From positions 5,456,001 through 5,520,000 of the forward strand of contig NC_043023.1 of NCBI RefSeq assembly GCF_006345805.1: DNA of 64,000 nt, in the 5' to 3' direction. Position 1 is the first letter of the stretch. Each line of letters starts with the position of its first letter. Below, piece by piece: positions 36,131 to 49,213 of this stretch. This DNA comes from Octopus sinensis (Eukaryota). The position numbers and the translations under genes were made by a program. The notes beneath the pieces were generated by a model that saw only the letters and a program-made list of their open reading frames with translations, was not told the origin of the DNA and did not search any database.

Positions 36131-38619
36131 AGAAAGGTTTATTATTAAAGGATAAAAGAGAGGAAAAGAAAGAATGAGATGAAGAAGGAGAAGAATGGCA
36201 GAATAAGAATAAAAGAGATGAAGGAGAAGAATGAGCAGAAAGTGGAGAAAAGAGGAAGAAGAAAAAGGAACAGGAAAAAAAAACACGAAACACAGGAAAA
36301 CAGAAGAAGGAAACCTAAACAAGGTGAAAGAAGGAAAAAGGTGGAGATGGGGAATGGCGGACATGTTGGAAAAATATGTCGACATGAAAGAAGACGGAAA
36401 CGGGAAGAGGCTGGTTAAGAAGCGCGGACGGATGGTGGACATAAAGTCGGGGTAGCATCGGGGTAGATAGAACGACTCTAAACTGAACCCCCATTTAGTA
36501 GCCGGTTGTCATTTTCGGTCCCCCATTTAAAAACCGTAGAACCTAGTCGTAAAACATGAATGTATGTATACACACACACACACACATATATATATATATG
36601 TATATACAGACACACACACATGCTTGTGTCTGTACGTGCGTATATAGATGTGTGTGTGTGTGCTTCATCCATTTATTTTGATGTATGCCTGACTACATGC
36701 ATTCATACACACACAAATACACATACAGTGTGGGCCAGAAGTCAAGCTCCAAAACAATTGGCATTTTATTTATATTATTATCATTCATTTTGTTCACCGT
36801 GTGCAGGGACGGGTGTATTTATTCATTATTTTACTCCTTTTATTCAGTTTTAGAAGAATAGAAGCACATCCTTTGACGATTCTAGAGCAATCATACATTA
36901 AATGAGGTTTGATCTTGGTGCATGACTTTTGGCCCGGCCTTGTGAGTTTGTATAACGTATATAAAATATACGTTGTACAATTATACAAACGCACACACGA
37001 ATACGGACAAACAGCAACCAAACTGCTCTCAAATCACACTCAAAGCTTCTTACAGAAGCAGGACGACACACGGCAATGTACGCCTAGGTACCAAATTACA
37101 GTATAGCCTTGGATCGTAGCTCTGTCCCATCAAAGTTGACCTGGGGCTAAACAACATCAATAATATATACATGTTTATACATCCCATCATATTGTAGACG
37201 AGCGATATATACACCCTACACCTCTAAACGCAGCAGTCCCATCTCACGTTTTTCTACACAGTTGTTTAACCCATGGTCAGGTCTGATCCAACAGATAATG
37301 CAGTCCTAGGAACACTATGTCAGATTAAATGATGTGATGGTCACGGTTGAAACATCTTTGATCATAAAGTCTACTGGATTAGAGCCTTCATCCAAGCAAG
37401 CCTATGATCAAAGATGTTCCAACCGTGACCATCTGATCTTTTTTCTGACAGATTATACCGCCTAATATGCCCTTTTTTAAAAAGACACCAGCCTGTGATT
37501 CGTCTTACAAAATCAACACATTGAATGATGTAGTCTTAGATATACTGTGTCAAAAAGTGAGAACAGAAGGTGGCAAATTGGCAGAGTTGTTAGAACACCT
37601 TGTAGTATTTGTTCCAACCCTCTATGCTCTGAGTTCAAATCCCACCGGAGCCAACTTTGCATTCTGGGTAGCTGAGGATGGTGGCTTGCAGGGGCATGTT
37701 TTTGCAGACCAAGCTGTGATGACACTGACCCCGTGTTATCACAGATCAATCCATGATAAGCTTAACGTGATTCACAATTGAGCATACCATGTTACCCTGG
37801 ATCAGTGACAAATGGGTAACGCATTCATCTAACTCAGCGGTTCTCAACCGAGGTTCATATAAGATTTTGGAAGTGTCCATGCAAGCGAAACACTAAATTG
37901 GGGACCTACAGTAGTATATTAAGGGTCCATGTACCACTGAATCCTCTCCTTGACTGCACTATTTTCACGGATTCCCATGACTCTCTATCACCATCCAATT
38001 CCATTATTATGGATTTGAATTGGGAGTTTGAGTCATAATGGATCTTTCATAAGCTGATCCCACAACCATGGATGCCATCCCTATAGATACATGGCAGTTA
38101 CTCTTTTGATAAAGCTTGGTGATCCTCACCGTTGATCTTTCAGGATTCCCCTGCTCAGCATCAATTTAAAAAGCACTGTTGGCCCAGTTGAGCTCCTCTG
38201 CAACTTCTTCACCATGCTGCGGTCCCATGACTTTGCTGTATCCCTGGAAGGATGGCTGAATGGGTGCTATACCTTGCCAAAGGGCAGCCCATATCTATGC
38301 AGAGCACAGTCATCGCTCCATGAGGTATTTTCAAAATACTCACATACTGGCTCCTACACCAAATCTGTTATTTGGTGCAGACACAGCTGTGAGGTTAAGA
38401 AAGTTCCTCTGTAAACCATGTGGCTTTGGGTTCAGTCTCAGTGAGTGGCACCTTGAACAATTGTCTTCTACTATAGCTCTAGGTTGACCAAAAGCTTGTG
38501 AGTGGATTTGGTAGACTGAAATCAAAAAGAAGCTTCCCATATGCGTGTATGTGTGTGTGCTTCATGCCTTTGAAGCCATTTGGTTTGAAGAACAGTTAAG
38601 GGTTAGCATTAAGGGGAGT

Positions 38620-39072
38620 GGTTCTCAGCTGGGGTCCATATGGCCCTTGAGGGCCCCTATAAGATTTAGTTGTTAAAATTTAAAAATAAAATAAATGCGC
38701 CCTTTTAAAGCCTAGCCAGGCTCATGGGCCCGGTTTCCATGGCGTATGTGTTCCCCAGCTGGATGGGACGCCAGTCCATCACAGCATTACTCATTTTTGC
38801 CAGCTGAGTGGACTGGAGCAACGTGAAATGAAGTGTTTTACTCAAGAACACAACGTGTCGTCTGGGCCGGGAATCGAAACTACAATCATGATGCTGACAC
38901 CCTAACCACTAAGCCACGCGCCTCCACAGTTGTTAAAATTTATCCACAATAAACTGGTTATACTTCTACAATACACAAAACATTTTAACAAATTTTTAAT
39001 ACAATTTCTAAAATATTTAATTATAAAAATATCATAGAGGTCCTTAAGTAAGAAAATGGTTGAGAACCACTG
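38620..39072. mobile_element. hAT-like MITE containing a SINE (38683-38927, minus) with a 15-bp TSD
   Basis: Ends agtggttctca / tgagaaccactg; AGTTGTTAAAATTTA at 38668-38682 and 38928-38942. Confidence 0.75.
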
Positions 39073-39439
39073 AGGAAGGACATTCAGTTGTAAAACAATG
39101 CCTCAGAAACATGTTCATCTAACTCGGTGATTCTCAATGGGGTCCATATAAGATTTAGATGGGATCCACACAAGCAAATTACTAAATTAGGGACCTGCAG
39201 TAGTATACTAAGGGTCCATGAATACATACTCATATGAGAAAATCACTCAACATAGTTTGGTTGTTATCATTTTCTTAAGGTCTGTGGGTACGAATTTTGT
39301 ATACCAATATTGTTGGTAAAGAAAAAGTCAAGATTAAATGCAAGGTATACATAATCGAGTTTTAAAATGACTGAAATAACAAGTAATTAAAAAAAGGGAC
39401 ATTTTATGTGAAACAACCTAATACATAAGGTAGAGGGTA

Positions 39440-39757
39440 AAGTACTCCTTTGGTCATCAGTGACCATGGGGTTGCACCCAGAAAGTTACCCTCCGAGGCA
39501 CAAGTTCGGGCAAGGTTGTTTGTGGAAGACCAGCAGTCGCCCATGCATACTGGCCGACCCTCTCCATGCCACGAGTGTTATCCAAGGGAATGGCAAAGGG
39601 GCCGATACAACTTGGCACCAGTGACATCGCAACTACAGCTGAGTGGACTGGAATAATGTGAAATAAAGTGTCTTGATCAAGAGCATAACATACAACCTGG
39701 TCTGGGAATCAAACTCACTACCTCACGATCATAAGCTTGATGCTCTAACCACTGAGC
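39440..39757 (-). mobile_element. Family D tRNA-derived SINE
   Basis: Homologous to 15130-15467 and 62925-63119; head ggctcagtggttagagc. Confidence 0.8.
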
Positions 39758-39889
39758 CCAAATAATAATCAAAGGGGTCCATAGGTAAAAAAATAGTTGA
39801 AAAACACTGATCTAACCCATGCTAGCATGGAAAAACAGACGTAAGAACAAAGAAAGATATATGTTGCTTATAGAGTTAAATTAGACATC

Positions 39890-40250
39890 ATTGCTTAACG
39901 TCCACTTTCCATGCTAGCATGGGTTGGATGGTTTGACTGGGGTCTGGGAAGCCAGGAGGCTGCACCAGGCTCCAATCTGATCTGGCAGAGTTTCTACAGC
40001 TGGATGCCCTTCCTAACGCCAATCACTCTGAGAGTGTAGTGGGTGCTTTTTACGTGCCACCGGCACGAGGGCCAGTCAGGCGATACTGGCAACAGCTATG
40101 CTCAAATGGTGCTTTTTGTGTGCCACCTGCACAGGAGCCAGTCCGGTGGCACTGGCAATGACCTCACTCAAATGTTTTTTCATGCCAGTAAGGTGATGCA
40201 GGTAACGATCATGCTCGAATGGTGCTTTTTACGTGCCACCAGCACACCAT
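39890..40250 (-). mobile_element. RTE 3'-end copy
   Basis: ccatgctagcatgg palindrome and gtgccacc repeats. Confidence 0.85.
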
Positions 40251-41574
40251 AAGTAACTGATATGGATCACCGGGTTACTTTTTAACATATTTAAGTATTG
40301 GCTTAAAGATTATAGCTATGTTGCTGTGACTTTCTTTATATCACACTGTGTAATATAACTTTTGTTTTTGGGTAGCAACTGTTATTTCTCTTTAGTATGA
40401 AAAATGGCTTCAAACTTCCTTCAAACTTTACTTGTGTTGTGATATTTATTCAAACTCCCAAGGAATCCCTCTTAACATATGGTTATGATGCTCTCCCACT
40501 TCTCTTGACCATGATCAAAGATGTAGATATTGTTAGCCACTAAGGGACATACTCAAGTGGTTAAGGTCAAGCAGCTGACAAGTAAATCAGTGCGGGGGTT
40601 GCAGAAGCCGAAATACCATTATAGCAAATATTCTGTTCAATACCACCAAATTAGGTTGTTGTCTTTGGTCAGTAAGTGTTATTTCCTATTTGCTTCTATC
40701 TAGAAATCAAAAAAAAAAAAAAACTATTCTTCCCTTCAAAGTATTTCAAATGGCCAGCCTTGTCACACTCTGTGTCACGCTGAATCTCCTTGAGAACTAT
40801 GTTAAGGGTACACGTGTCTGTAGAGTGCTCAGCCACTTGCATGTTAATTTCACAAGCAAGCTGTTCCGTTGATTGTATCATCAGAACTGACGGAGTACTC
40901 TTACCTAGTGGGTGGCCCAATTAGAGCCAATTTTAGCAGATTGGACTGCAATGATACCAATAAATAACAAGCTGGAAAGAAAGTACTGACCATCACGCTA
41001 CACCATGTACAAATGACCAGGAGTATACAATATTTGTGAGAGTATAGAAACAGAGTGCATGTCCAGACTGTCAGGTCAATAGTGAAGTCTGTCTTGGATG
41101 CTATTGGTAACATGGAATCGAAAACACCTTGTTGCTTAGTCAGGTTGCCAGTGACTAAACTGGCACCCACACTTGGCTTACCTAGCAAGGAGGATTGCTA
41201 GAAACCCAGTAGGACTAAACACAAATTATATACATAGGTACAGGAGTGGCTGTGTGGTAAGTAGCTTCCTTACCAACCACATGGTTTCGGGTTCATTCCC
41301 ACTTTGTGGCACCTTGGGCAAGTGTCTTCTACAAATTCACTCACAAGGATTCGGTCAGCCCAAGGCTATAATAGAGGACACTTGACCAAGATCTTCAAGC
41401 TTTTATCTTTTACTTGTTTCAATCATTAGACTGCAGCCATGCTGGGGCACCACCCTGTTCATTCTGTCCAACCCATGCAAAAGTGTTAAAATGGTAATGC
41501 ATGCATGCAACACACAAAACATGCATGCATGCGTATGTATGTATCCATACATACATACATACATACATGTAGCC

Positions 41575-42155
41575 ACAAGGGGCTAAACAGGGACAGACAC
41601 ACAAATTAAGTCGATTATATCGACCGCAGTGCGTAACTGGTACTTAATTTATCGACCCCGAAAGGATGAAAGGCAAAGTCGACCTCGGCAGAATTTGAAC
41701 TCAGAACGTAACGGCAGACGAAATACTGCTAAGCATTTCGCCTGGTGTGCTAACGTTTCTGCGACCATGTCTCTCCAGAGAGACAAAAGAACTAGCTTGC
41801 TTACCAACCACATGGTTCCAGGTTTAGTCCCACTGCGTGGCATCTTGGGCAAGTGTCTTCTGCTATAGCTTCGAACCGACCAAAGCCTTGTGAGTGGATT
41901 TGGTAGACGGAAACTGAAAGAAGCCTGTCGTATATATGGATGCATGTGTCTGTGTTTGTCCACCCCCACCAACATCGCTTGACAACTGATGCTGGTGTGT
42001 TTACGTCCCTGTAACTTAGCGGTTCGGCAAAAGAGACCTATAGAATAAGTACTGGGCTTTCAAAGAATAAGTCCCGGGGTCAATTTGCTTGACTAAAGGC
42101 GGTGCTCCAGCATGGCAGCAGCCAAATGACTGAAACAAGTAAAAGAATAAAAGAG
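41575..42155. mobile_element. Family B SINE (-, 41575-41765) adjacent to family A SINE (+, 41790-42155)
   Basis: Family cores visible; the same B/A-type junction tgtctctccagagagacaaaagaactagc recurs near 50675. Confidence 0.75.
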
Positions 42156-42224
42156 CTTCTACATGAAAATGACAATCAATGACGTTTTGAAGTGTTTGAG
42201 GGAGGATATCTGGTGAAAGGAACC

Positions 42225-42420
42225 GGATCTCTGGGGTGCGAAGAATGGGATTCTTCACGATGAAAATGCCCCGTCACTGAGCCCTTCTCACTCGTGGGTT
42301 TCTCACCAAAAACACCATGGTATCACTTTTGCACCTGTTTTATTCACCAGATTTAGCACCTGTGGACTTCCATTTATTCCCTAAGAAGAAAAGGCAGCTC
42401 AAAGGTTGCCGTTATAATAC
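42225..42420 (+). mobile_element. mariner relic (same family as 30640)
   Basis: ILHDENAP..FLTKNTMVSLLH..YSPDLAPVDFHLFPKKKRQLKG. Confidence 0.75.
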
Positions 42421-42494
42421 CATATCCATTAGGTTCCAAGTTCACGGCTGAAGCTGAAGCAAGGGATCTGTATTAGGCATCCTAGTTAGCAGGT

Positions 42495-43063
42495 ATATAC
42501 ATTATATTAGAGGAAAAAGGGCAACAAAAACCAAGGCAGGACAAGTATCATTTAGAGTAAGGTGAATTTGATGTCTTACAGCTGTTTCTGGGATATCCCA
42601 ACTGATAGGCATGTCTGTACCCTAGGTATTCTGTCATCAGAGACAAGGTGAGATATATGAAAAGTTCTAGACAGGGAAATTCAAAGTTTATAAGGAATAA
42701 AATTTTAGATAGAAGAATAAAGAGTAAAAAAGTAGAGAGAAGAATACAGACAGGAAAATAAAGTTCACAGCTCATCTTTTTCCAGAAGGTATGGAGGTTG
42801 GTCCATACTTCTGTGAAGATATAGGCCCAGGTAAATCCAGGCAGTATTTTGACTGATGCACTCATGGTTAGCTCGTAGTGTTCACCTTGTCTCTGATGAC
42901 GGAATACCCAGTGTATGGGCATGCAAGCCTATCACTTGCAATATCCCAGAAACAGCTGTTAAGACTTCAAATTCATCTTACCCTAATTAAGTTATTCTAA
43001 ATGACTTGAGACACTCATCCTGAGTTGGTTTTTGTTGCCCTTTTTTTCTAATATAACGTATAT
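42495..43063. mobile_element. Inverted pair of Penelope pLTR-like arms, each with a hammerhead motif
   Basis: Arms 42495-42651 / 42882-43063; CTGATGA on - (42634-42640) and on + (42893-42899), each followed by GAAACAGCTGT. Confidence 0.8.
42573..42645 (-). ncRNA. Type I hammerhead motif, Pc-sense
   Basis: GUCU-CUGAUGA-[stem II region]-GAA-ACAGCUGU-A|AGAC; stem I GUCU/AGAC; predicted cut 42577/42576; stem II base imperfect. Confidence 0.65.
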
Positions 43064-43455
43064 GTATATATGTATATATTTATGTGTGTGTGTCTGTTTG
43101 TCCCCCTGTCATCACTTAACAACTGCTACTGGTGTGTTTATGTCCCCGTAACTTAGCAGTTCGGCAAAAGAGACCAATAGAATAAGTACTAGGCTTCCAG
43201 AGAATAAGTTCTGGGGTCAGTTTCTTCAACTAAAGCCCTTTAAGGCGACACTCCAGCCTGGCCACAGTCAAATGACTGAAACAAGTAAAAGATACTAAAT
43301 ACAATTGCGTACATATACACTACAGAAAATGTAAGCATTCATACAGCCATACATAGCATTCATACAGATATACACACACATATATATATATTATTATAAT
43401 TATTATTTGAGGGAATATTATCATTTTGAATTGATAAGAAGTGGGTTTTTTTCTA

Positions 43456-43489
<34 letters not shown>

Positions 43490-43493
<4 letters not shown>

Positions 43494-43670
43494 TTAATCC
43501 AAACAAGAAAGCACAAAAAAACACAATGCGAGGACGTGGAACAAATATAGTATTATTGGATGCTCAGGAAAGAAGGAGGGTTCAACGTTTCGAGCGGAGC
43601 TCTTCGTCGGAAACATAGGAGAAGGAAAGATCCAGAGAAGGGAAGACAGAGGGAAAAAATTGCATACACA
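43490..43670 (-). mobile_element. Penelope pLTR-like repeat with minimal hammerhead motif (CCGACGA core, 43580-43615)
   Basis: Minus strand guuu-CCGACGA-A-GAGC-UCC-GCUC-GAA-ACGU-U-gaac; copies at 46140, 49375, 49873. Confidence 0.7.
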
Positions 43671-44169
43671 TCAAAAAACTTATACTCCATCGGTTACAGT
43701 GACATGTGTTCCATGGCATTCAGTTGGTTAGGGTTCCGGTTGATTCGATCAATGGAACAGCCTGCTCATGAAATTAATGTGTAAGTGGCTGTACCCTTAA
43801 TGTAGTTCTTAGGGGAAGATTTAGCATGATACATAATGCGACAAGGCTGATCCTTTGAATTACAGACACAACTCAGCATGGGTTGGACAGCTTGACAAGG
43901 CTCTGATGGAGCGAAGGATGACATCATGTCTCAGTGTCTGCTTTAGGCATGGTTTTTGTATATATAGTGCCAACCACTTACAATGCGTATTGGGTGCTTT
44001 TACTTGCCACTGTCACTAGTGAGGTCACTGATGATAATAATAATAATAATCCTTTCTACTGGAGGCACAAGGCCTCAGATTTGTGGGGAGGGAGCTAGTC
44101 GATTACATTGCCCCAGTGCTTCACTGATACTTAAGTTATCAACCCTGAAAAGACGAATGGCAAAATCAA

Positions 44170-44880
44170 CCTCGGCATCGCTTAACGTCTGCTTTCCATG
44201 CTAGCATGGGTTGGACGATTTGACTGAGGACTGGCAAACCAGATGGCTGCACCAGGCCCCAGTCTGATCTGGCAGAGTTTCTACAGCTGGATGCCCTTTC
44301 TAATGCCAATCACTCCAAGAGTGTAGTGGGTGGGTGGGTTCTTTTACGTGCCACCGGCACGAGGGCTGGTCAGGTGGTAAAGGCAATGGCCACACTCAAA
44401 TGTTGTTTTTTATGTGCCACCTGCACAGGAGCCAGTCAAGCGGCACTGGCAATGATCTCGCTAGAATGTTTTTTCACATGCCAGTAAGGTGATGCTGGTA
44501 ACAATCACACTCGAATAGTGCTTTTTACGTGCCACCGGCACAGAAGCCAGTTAGCTGCTCTGGCAATGATCCCACTCGGATGGTACTCTTAGCGCTCTAC
44601 TAGCACAGATGCCGGTCATCGACTTTGATTTCGATTTCACTTGCCTCAGCAGGTCTTCGTGAGGAGAGTTTAGTGTCCAATGAAGGAAAGGTACGCATAA
44701 GTGGGCTGGTTACACCCCTGGCATATTTCCAAAGGTTTCGGTCACTAGTCATTGCCTTGGTGAGGCCTAATGTTTGAAGGTCCTCATCCCAGGTCTTCCT
44801 GGGTCTACCACTTCCACAGGTTCCCTCAACTGCGAGGGTGTGGCACTTTTTCACACAGCTATCCTCATCCATTCTCGCCA
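44170..44880 (-). mobile_element. RTE LINE 3' end (last coding residues and UTR)
   Basis: RMDEDSCVKKCHTLAVEGTCGSGRPRKTWDED, near-identical to 25660-25740. Confidence 0.9.
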
Positions 44881-44881
44881 C

Positions 44882-44917
<36 letters not shown>

Positions 44918-44939
44918 TTAATAATAATAATAATAATAA

Positions 44940-45865
44940 TAATCCTTTCTACTATAGGCACAAGGCCTGAAATCATGGGGGCGTGGACTAGTCAATTACA
45001 TCGACCACAGAGTTTGACAGGTATTTCATTTATTGACCCCAAAAGGATGAAAGGCAAAGTGGACCTAGGCAGAATTTGAACTCAGAACGTAAAAACAGAC
45101 AAAATGTTGCTGACTGGAAGCACAAGGTCTCAGATTTGGAGGAAGGGATTAAGTCAATTACATAGACTCCAGTGCTTCACTGGTACTTAATTTATCGACC
45201 CTGGAAGGATGAAAGGCAAAGTCGACCTTGGCGGAATTTGAACACAGAATGTAGCAACGGATGAAATACCACCAAGCATTTCATCCAGTGTGCTAACGAT
45301 TCAGCCAGCTCGCCATTTTACTAATAATAATGATTTCTAGTCGAGGCACAATTTTGGTGGGGGAGGGGGCTAGTCGATTACATCGACCCCAGTATGTAAC
45401 TGGTACTTGTTTCATCAACCCCAAAAGGATGAAAGGAAAAGTTGACCTTGGCAGAATCTGGACTCAGAACGTAGCGACAGGCGAAATACCTATTTCTTTA
45501 CTACCCACAAGGGGCTAAACACAGAGAAGACAAACGGATTAAGTCGATTACATCGACCCCAGTGCGTAACTGGTACTTATTTAATCGACCCCGAAAGGAT
45601 GAAAGGCAAAGTCGACCTCGGCGGAATTTGAACTCAGAACATAGCGGCAGACGAAATACCTATTTCTTTATTACCCACAAAGGGCTAAACACAGAGGGGA
45701 CAAACAAGGACAGACATAGGCATTAAGTCGATTACATCGACCCCAGTGCGTAACTGGTACTTAATTTATCGACCCCGAAAGGATGAAAGGCAAAGTCGAC
45801 CTCGGCGGAATTTGAACTCAGAACGTAACGCAGACGAAATACCGCTAAGCATTTCGCCCAGCATG
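44940..45865 (-). mobile_element. Head-to-tail multimer of family B SINEs
   Basis: ~5 same-orientation copies; junction gaaatacctatttcttt at 45489 and 45659. Confidence 0.85.
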
Positions 45866-46008
45866 AGAACGGCCCCAAATTTATAGGGAAATAAGGAGTT
45901 TGGCAAAGTGAGCCCACAGAGGCATTAAATAGTTGATTCAGGTAAGATTTGAACAGGAGAACTGCAAATTGCAGTCTCAATAAAAGAATCAGAAATGTGC
46001 ATACTTAC

Positions 46009-46052
46009 TTAGGTGACCATCCTTTCCATTTAACGTAATATTCCACTTTACC
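46009..46052 (-). CDS. Pc: Pc/CBX coding exon 2 (44 nt), GKVEYYVKWKGWSP(K)
   Basis: Acceptor ttctttattgtttccag|, donor |gtaagt; chromodomain core VKWKGW; too short for the ORF track. Confidence 0.95.
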
Positions 46053-46108
46053 CTGGAAACAATAAAGAAAAATTATGAAATATTTAAAATTTAAACATAA
46101 ACAAAACA

Positions 46109-46139
<31 letters not shown>

Positions 46140-46147
<8 letters not shown>

Positions 46148-46330
46148 TAATCCAAAGAGAAAACACAACAACGCGAGGACGTGGAACAAATATAGTGTTA
46201 TTGGACGCTCAGGAAGGAAGGGAAGAAGGAGGGTTTTTACGTTTCGAGCGGAATTCTTCGTCAGAAACATAGGAAAAGGAAAGATCCAGAGAAGGGAAGA
46301 TGGAGGGAAAAAAATCGCCAACGCGGTCAC
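46140..46330 (-). mobile_element. Penelope pLTR-like repeat with canonical-core hammerhead (46235-46270)
   Basis: Minus strand guuu-CUGACGA-A-GAAU-UCC-GCUC-GAA-ACGU-A-aaaac, ~190 nt upstream of the exon 2 acceptor. Confidence 0.7.
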
Positions 46331-47039
46331 GAGCAAAACGCCCCCACCCTCGTCCAATGGACAGTGCTGAGTTGTCAAACATTTAAACCAAATTTTCTCA
46401 AAACAAGTTGTCCGACCGTCCCATAAGCCTCCCCTTTGAGAAACACTGACTTAACCTAAATTCGAGACACCAGCAAAAGATATAAAGATAGACTTTTTTC
46501 TATTCCAAGAACAATGATTTTACAAATGCACATTCCCACGGCTTTATCGATCACATTCTAACCTGGAATCGATTTTTGTAATTTTTTCAAGACTTATACA
46601 TGCCCTGATACGTCGGTATCTACATATCAAATTTGAGCGTAATTGGATGGAGGATGCCCGAGATCTTAGAAGACACACACAGACAGACAGAACAGATTTT
46701 ATATAATAGATATTAATATTATTTATAGTAAGGGAATATAATAATTCCAAGCCAACAGGGAAAAAAATTCAATTTAGCAGACTAAATCAAAAATTCACAA
46801 TATATTATATACATATGTATATATATTAAATTTAGAGACAAACTGCTATTTAGTTATTCAATCTATACTGAACGATATTATCTATAATAAACATATAGAA
46901 AGTAATTAAATATATTATAATTATTATTCTAAAAATCACAAAACAAAACAAACTTTATATCGACTACGTGTGTTTCATGATTAAATATATAAATCGGACC
47001 TGATGAGTGGTATATATTTTTAATATTAACTTTTAATAT

Positions 47040-47570
47040 TACTGTAAGCGAGTCAAGGATCTTCTGCAATTTATCTGGTTCTCAACAACAGTGACCTTTG
47101 ATCTGCATTTTCATCTTGGGGAAGAGATGGCAGTTCACAGGCATTAATTCTGGCGACTAGGGCAAGTGCAGAAGTGATACTATGTTGCTTTTGATGAGAA
47201 ACTCATGAGTGAAGAGAGCTTGGTGACAGGCTGTCATGAAGAATCCATTTCTTCACACTCCACAGATCTGATCACTTTCGCTGAGTCTCCTCCTTCAAAC
47301 ACTTCCAAACGTTGCAATAGAACTCTTGATTGACGGTCAGGCCCAGGGGGACAAAATCTCAATGCACAGTACCACATTTCTGGGCAGGGTGATGCTTGTG
47401 GCAGGTCTTTTTTGAGACATCTGTGCCACTCAAAACGAGCCATTTCTTCATGTCACTGTAAGCTTACCAAAGTATGGTCGATGTCTTGTAGCAGACTTCT
47501 CAAATTTAACAAAAATTTCACATTGGCTCTTTGTCCATGGCAAAATCACAGACTACAGCATACATGTGAT
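47040..47570 (-). mobile_element. mariner relic (N-terminal HTH and catalytic fragments)
   Basis: QRANVKF..ARFEWHRCLKK and ILHD..FPKMKMQIKG in broken frames. Confidence 0.7.
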
Positions 47571-48152
47571 CACAAAAGCACAAATCTCACAACTTGCAAA
47601 GTAAACACAGCAGTGCAACTCAACACACTCCCTCATGAAGGTCACTGCTCTCACAACTGTGTGCTGCCATCTCTTGGCACTACCTCATAGTTGCAGCATA
47701 GATCCTCATCTTTCTATCTTAACTTTTGAAAATCAGTGAAATTTGTGAAACCGGTTAGGTCCTTTAAAAATTAAAAAATAAAAAGTCTGAATGAATCCAA
47801 GTGCATTTTCAACTTCTATTTTTAATATTAAAGTAGAAACAGCTGTAAGCTAATGAAGTTCATGACAATTTCTTCTTCCCTTGTAAATTTAATTACTTAT
47901 TTCTACTCTGTACCCAACTGATGCTTTGTTCTGAAACCACATAAAAATTCACTGGTGCTGGTGCCATGTAAAAATCATTGATGGTATCACATAGAAATCC
48001 CAGGTGATGGTGGCACATAAAAAGCACCCTGTACACTCAATAAAGCGTTTGGCATTAAGAAGGGCATCCAACTGTAGAAACCGAGTCAACACAGACTATG
48101 GAATGTGGTGTAGCCCTTCACCTTACCAGCTCCTTAGCATGGAAAATGGATA

Positions 48153-48886
48153 TTAACCCTTTTGATACCAACCTAGCCGAAACCGTCTCTGGCTCTGTAG
48201 TTACAAACATCTTGTTTTCATAAGTTCTGAATTAAAATCTTCCACCAAACCTCAGCCACAATTTATGTTCCTAACACTAGCTTAATGATAACTAAGTTAT
48301 TTTACAAAATTCTTTGTTATATTTAGAATGAATTGAAAGAAACACAGAGCATCTCAACGAAATACAGTAATGAAAGGGTTAAGATATATAATAGAGAAAC
48401 AATTCTTAACCCTTTAATTACCAACCCAGCTGAAACCGGCTCTGGCTCTGAGTACAAATGTCTTGCTTTCATAAAATTTTGAGTTAAAGTCTCCCACCAA
48501 ACTTTAGTCACAATTTATGTTCCTAATACGAACTGAATGATAACTAAGTTATTTTACTAAATTCTTTCTTATATTTAAAGTAATTGAAAGAAACACAGAG
48601 CATCTTGACAGAATATGGTAACAAAAGGCTTAAAATATATAATAGAGAAACAATTCTTAACCCTTTTGATACCAACCCTGCTGAAACCAACTCTGGCTCT
48701 GTAGTACAAATGTCTTGTTTTCATAAGTATTGAATTAAAATCTTCTACCAAACCTTAGTCACAGTTTATATTCCTAGCACTAGCTTAATGATAACTAAGT
48801 TATTTTACTAAATTCTTTGTTATATTTAGAATGAATTGAAAGAAACACAGAACATCTCAAAATAAATACAGTAACGAAAGGGTTAA
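48153..48886. mobile_element. Three tandem piggyBac-like MITEs (TTAA-CCCTT...AAGGG-TTAA)
   Basis: TTAA at 48153, 48379, 48406, 48630, 48657, 48883; periods 253 and 251; related to 15619-15845. Confidence 0.8.
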
Positions 48887-49182
48887 ATGATAATAACAAT
48901 GTCCAAGTTCAAACAGTAGACTGTGTGAGAAAGTGTCACTTTCTAAAGCAACAGTCAACCCAAACCTTTGAATGGAATTAGATGAATAAAAACTGAAGAG
49001 AAGGTCATATCCGACAGGCTGAACCGGTAGTTAAAAAATGACAGTTCTGCAGAGGAATTATGTGAAGGATACATGTGCCAGTGGAGTAGAAGGCTCAGCT
49101 AGTTACATGTTAAGTCAGGAGATAATTTAGTTAAATGAACTGAATCCTTCTTCCTGAACTACAGGGATCCATCAATCTTATC

Positions 49183-49213
<31 letters not shown>

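Noticed and set aside
36086-36455. K/E/R-rich ORFs
   Set aside because: Purine-rich low-complexity DNA in intron 2; no splice or domain support.
37930-38340. Moderately GC-rich unique-looking segment in intron 2 as an extra exon
   Set aside because: No convincing splice pair or recognisable motif; exons 2 and 3 already join in frame within the chromodomain.
46960-47010. CTGATGA near gtttc
   Set aside because: No downstream GAAA or stem II on the same strand; not a complete hammerhead.
48985-49035. CTGAAGA..GAACCGGTAG hammerhead-like remnant (and CTGATGA at 5688-5694, minus)
   Set aside because: GAAA reduced or absent and stem I missing; at best dead Penelope LTR fragments.
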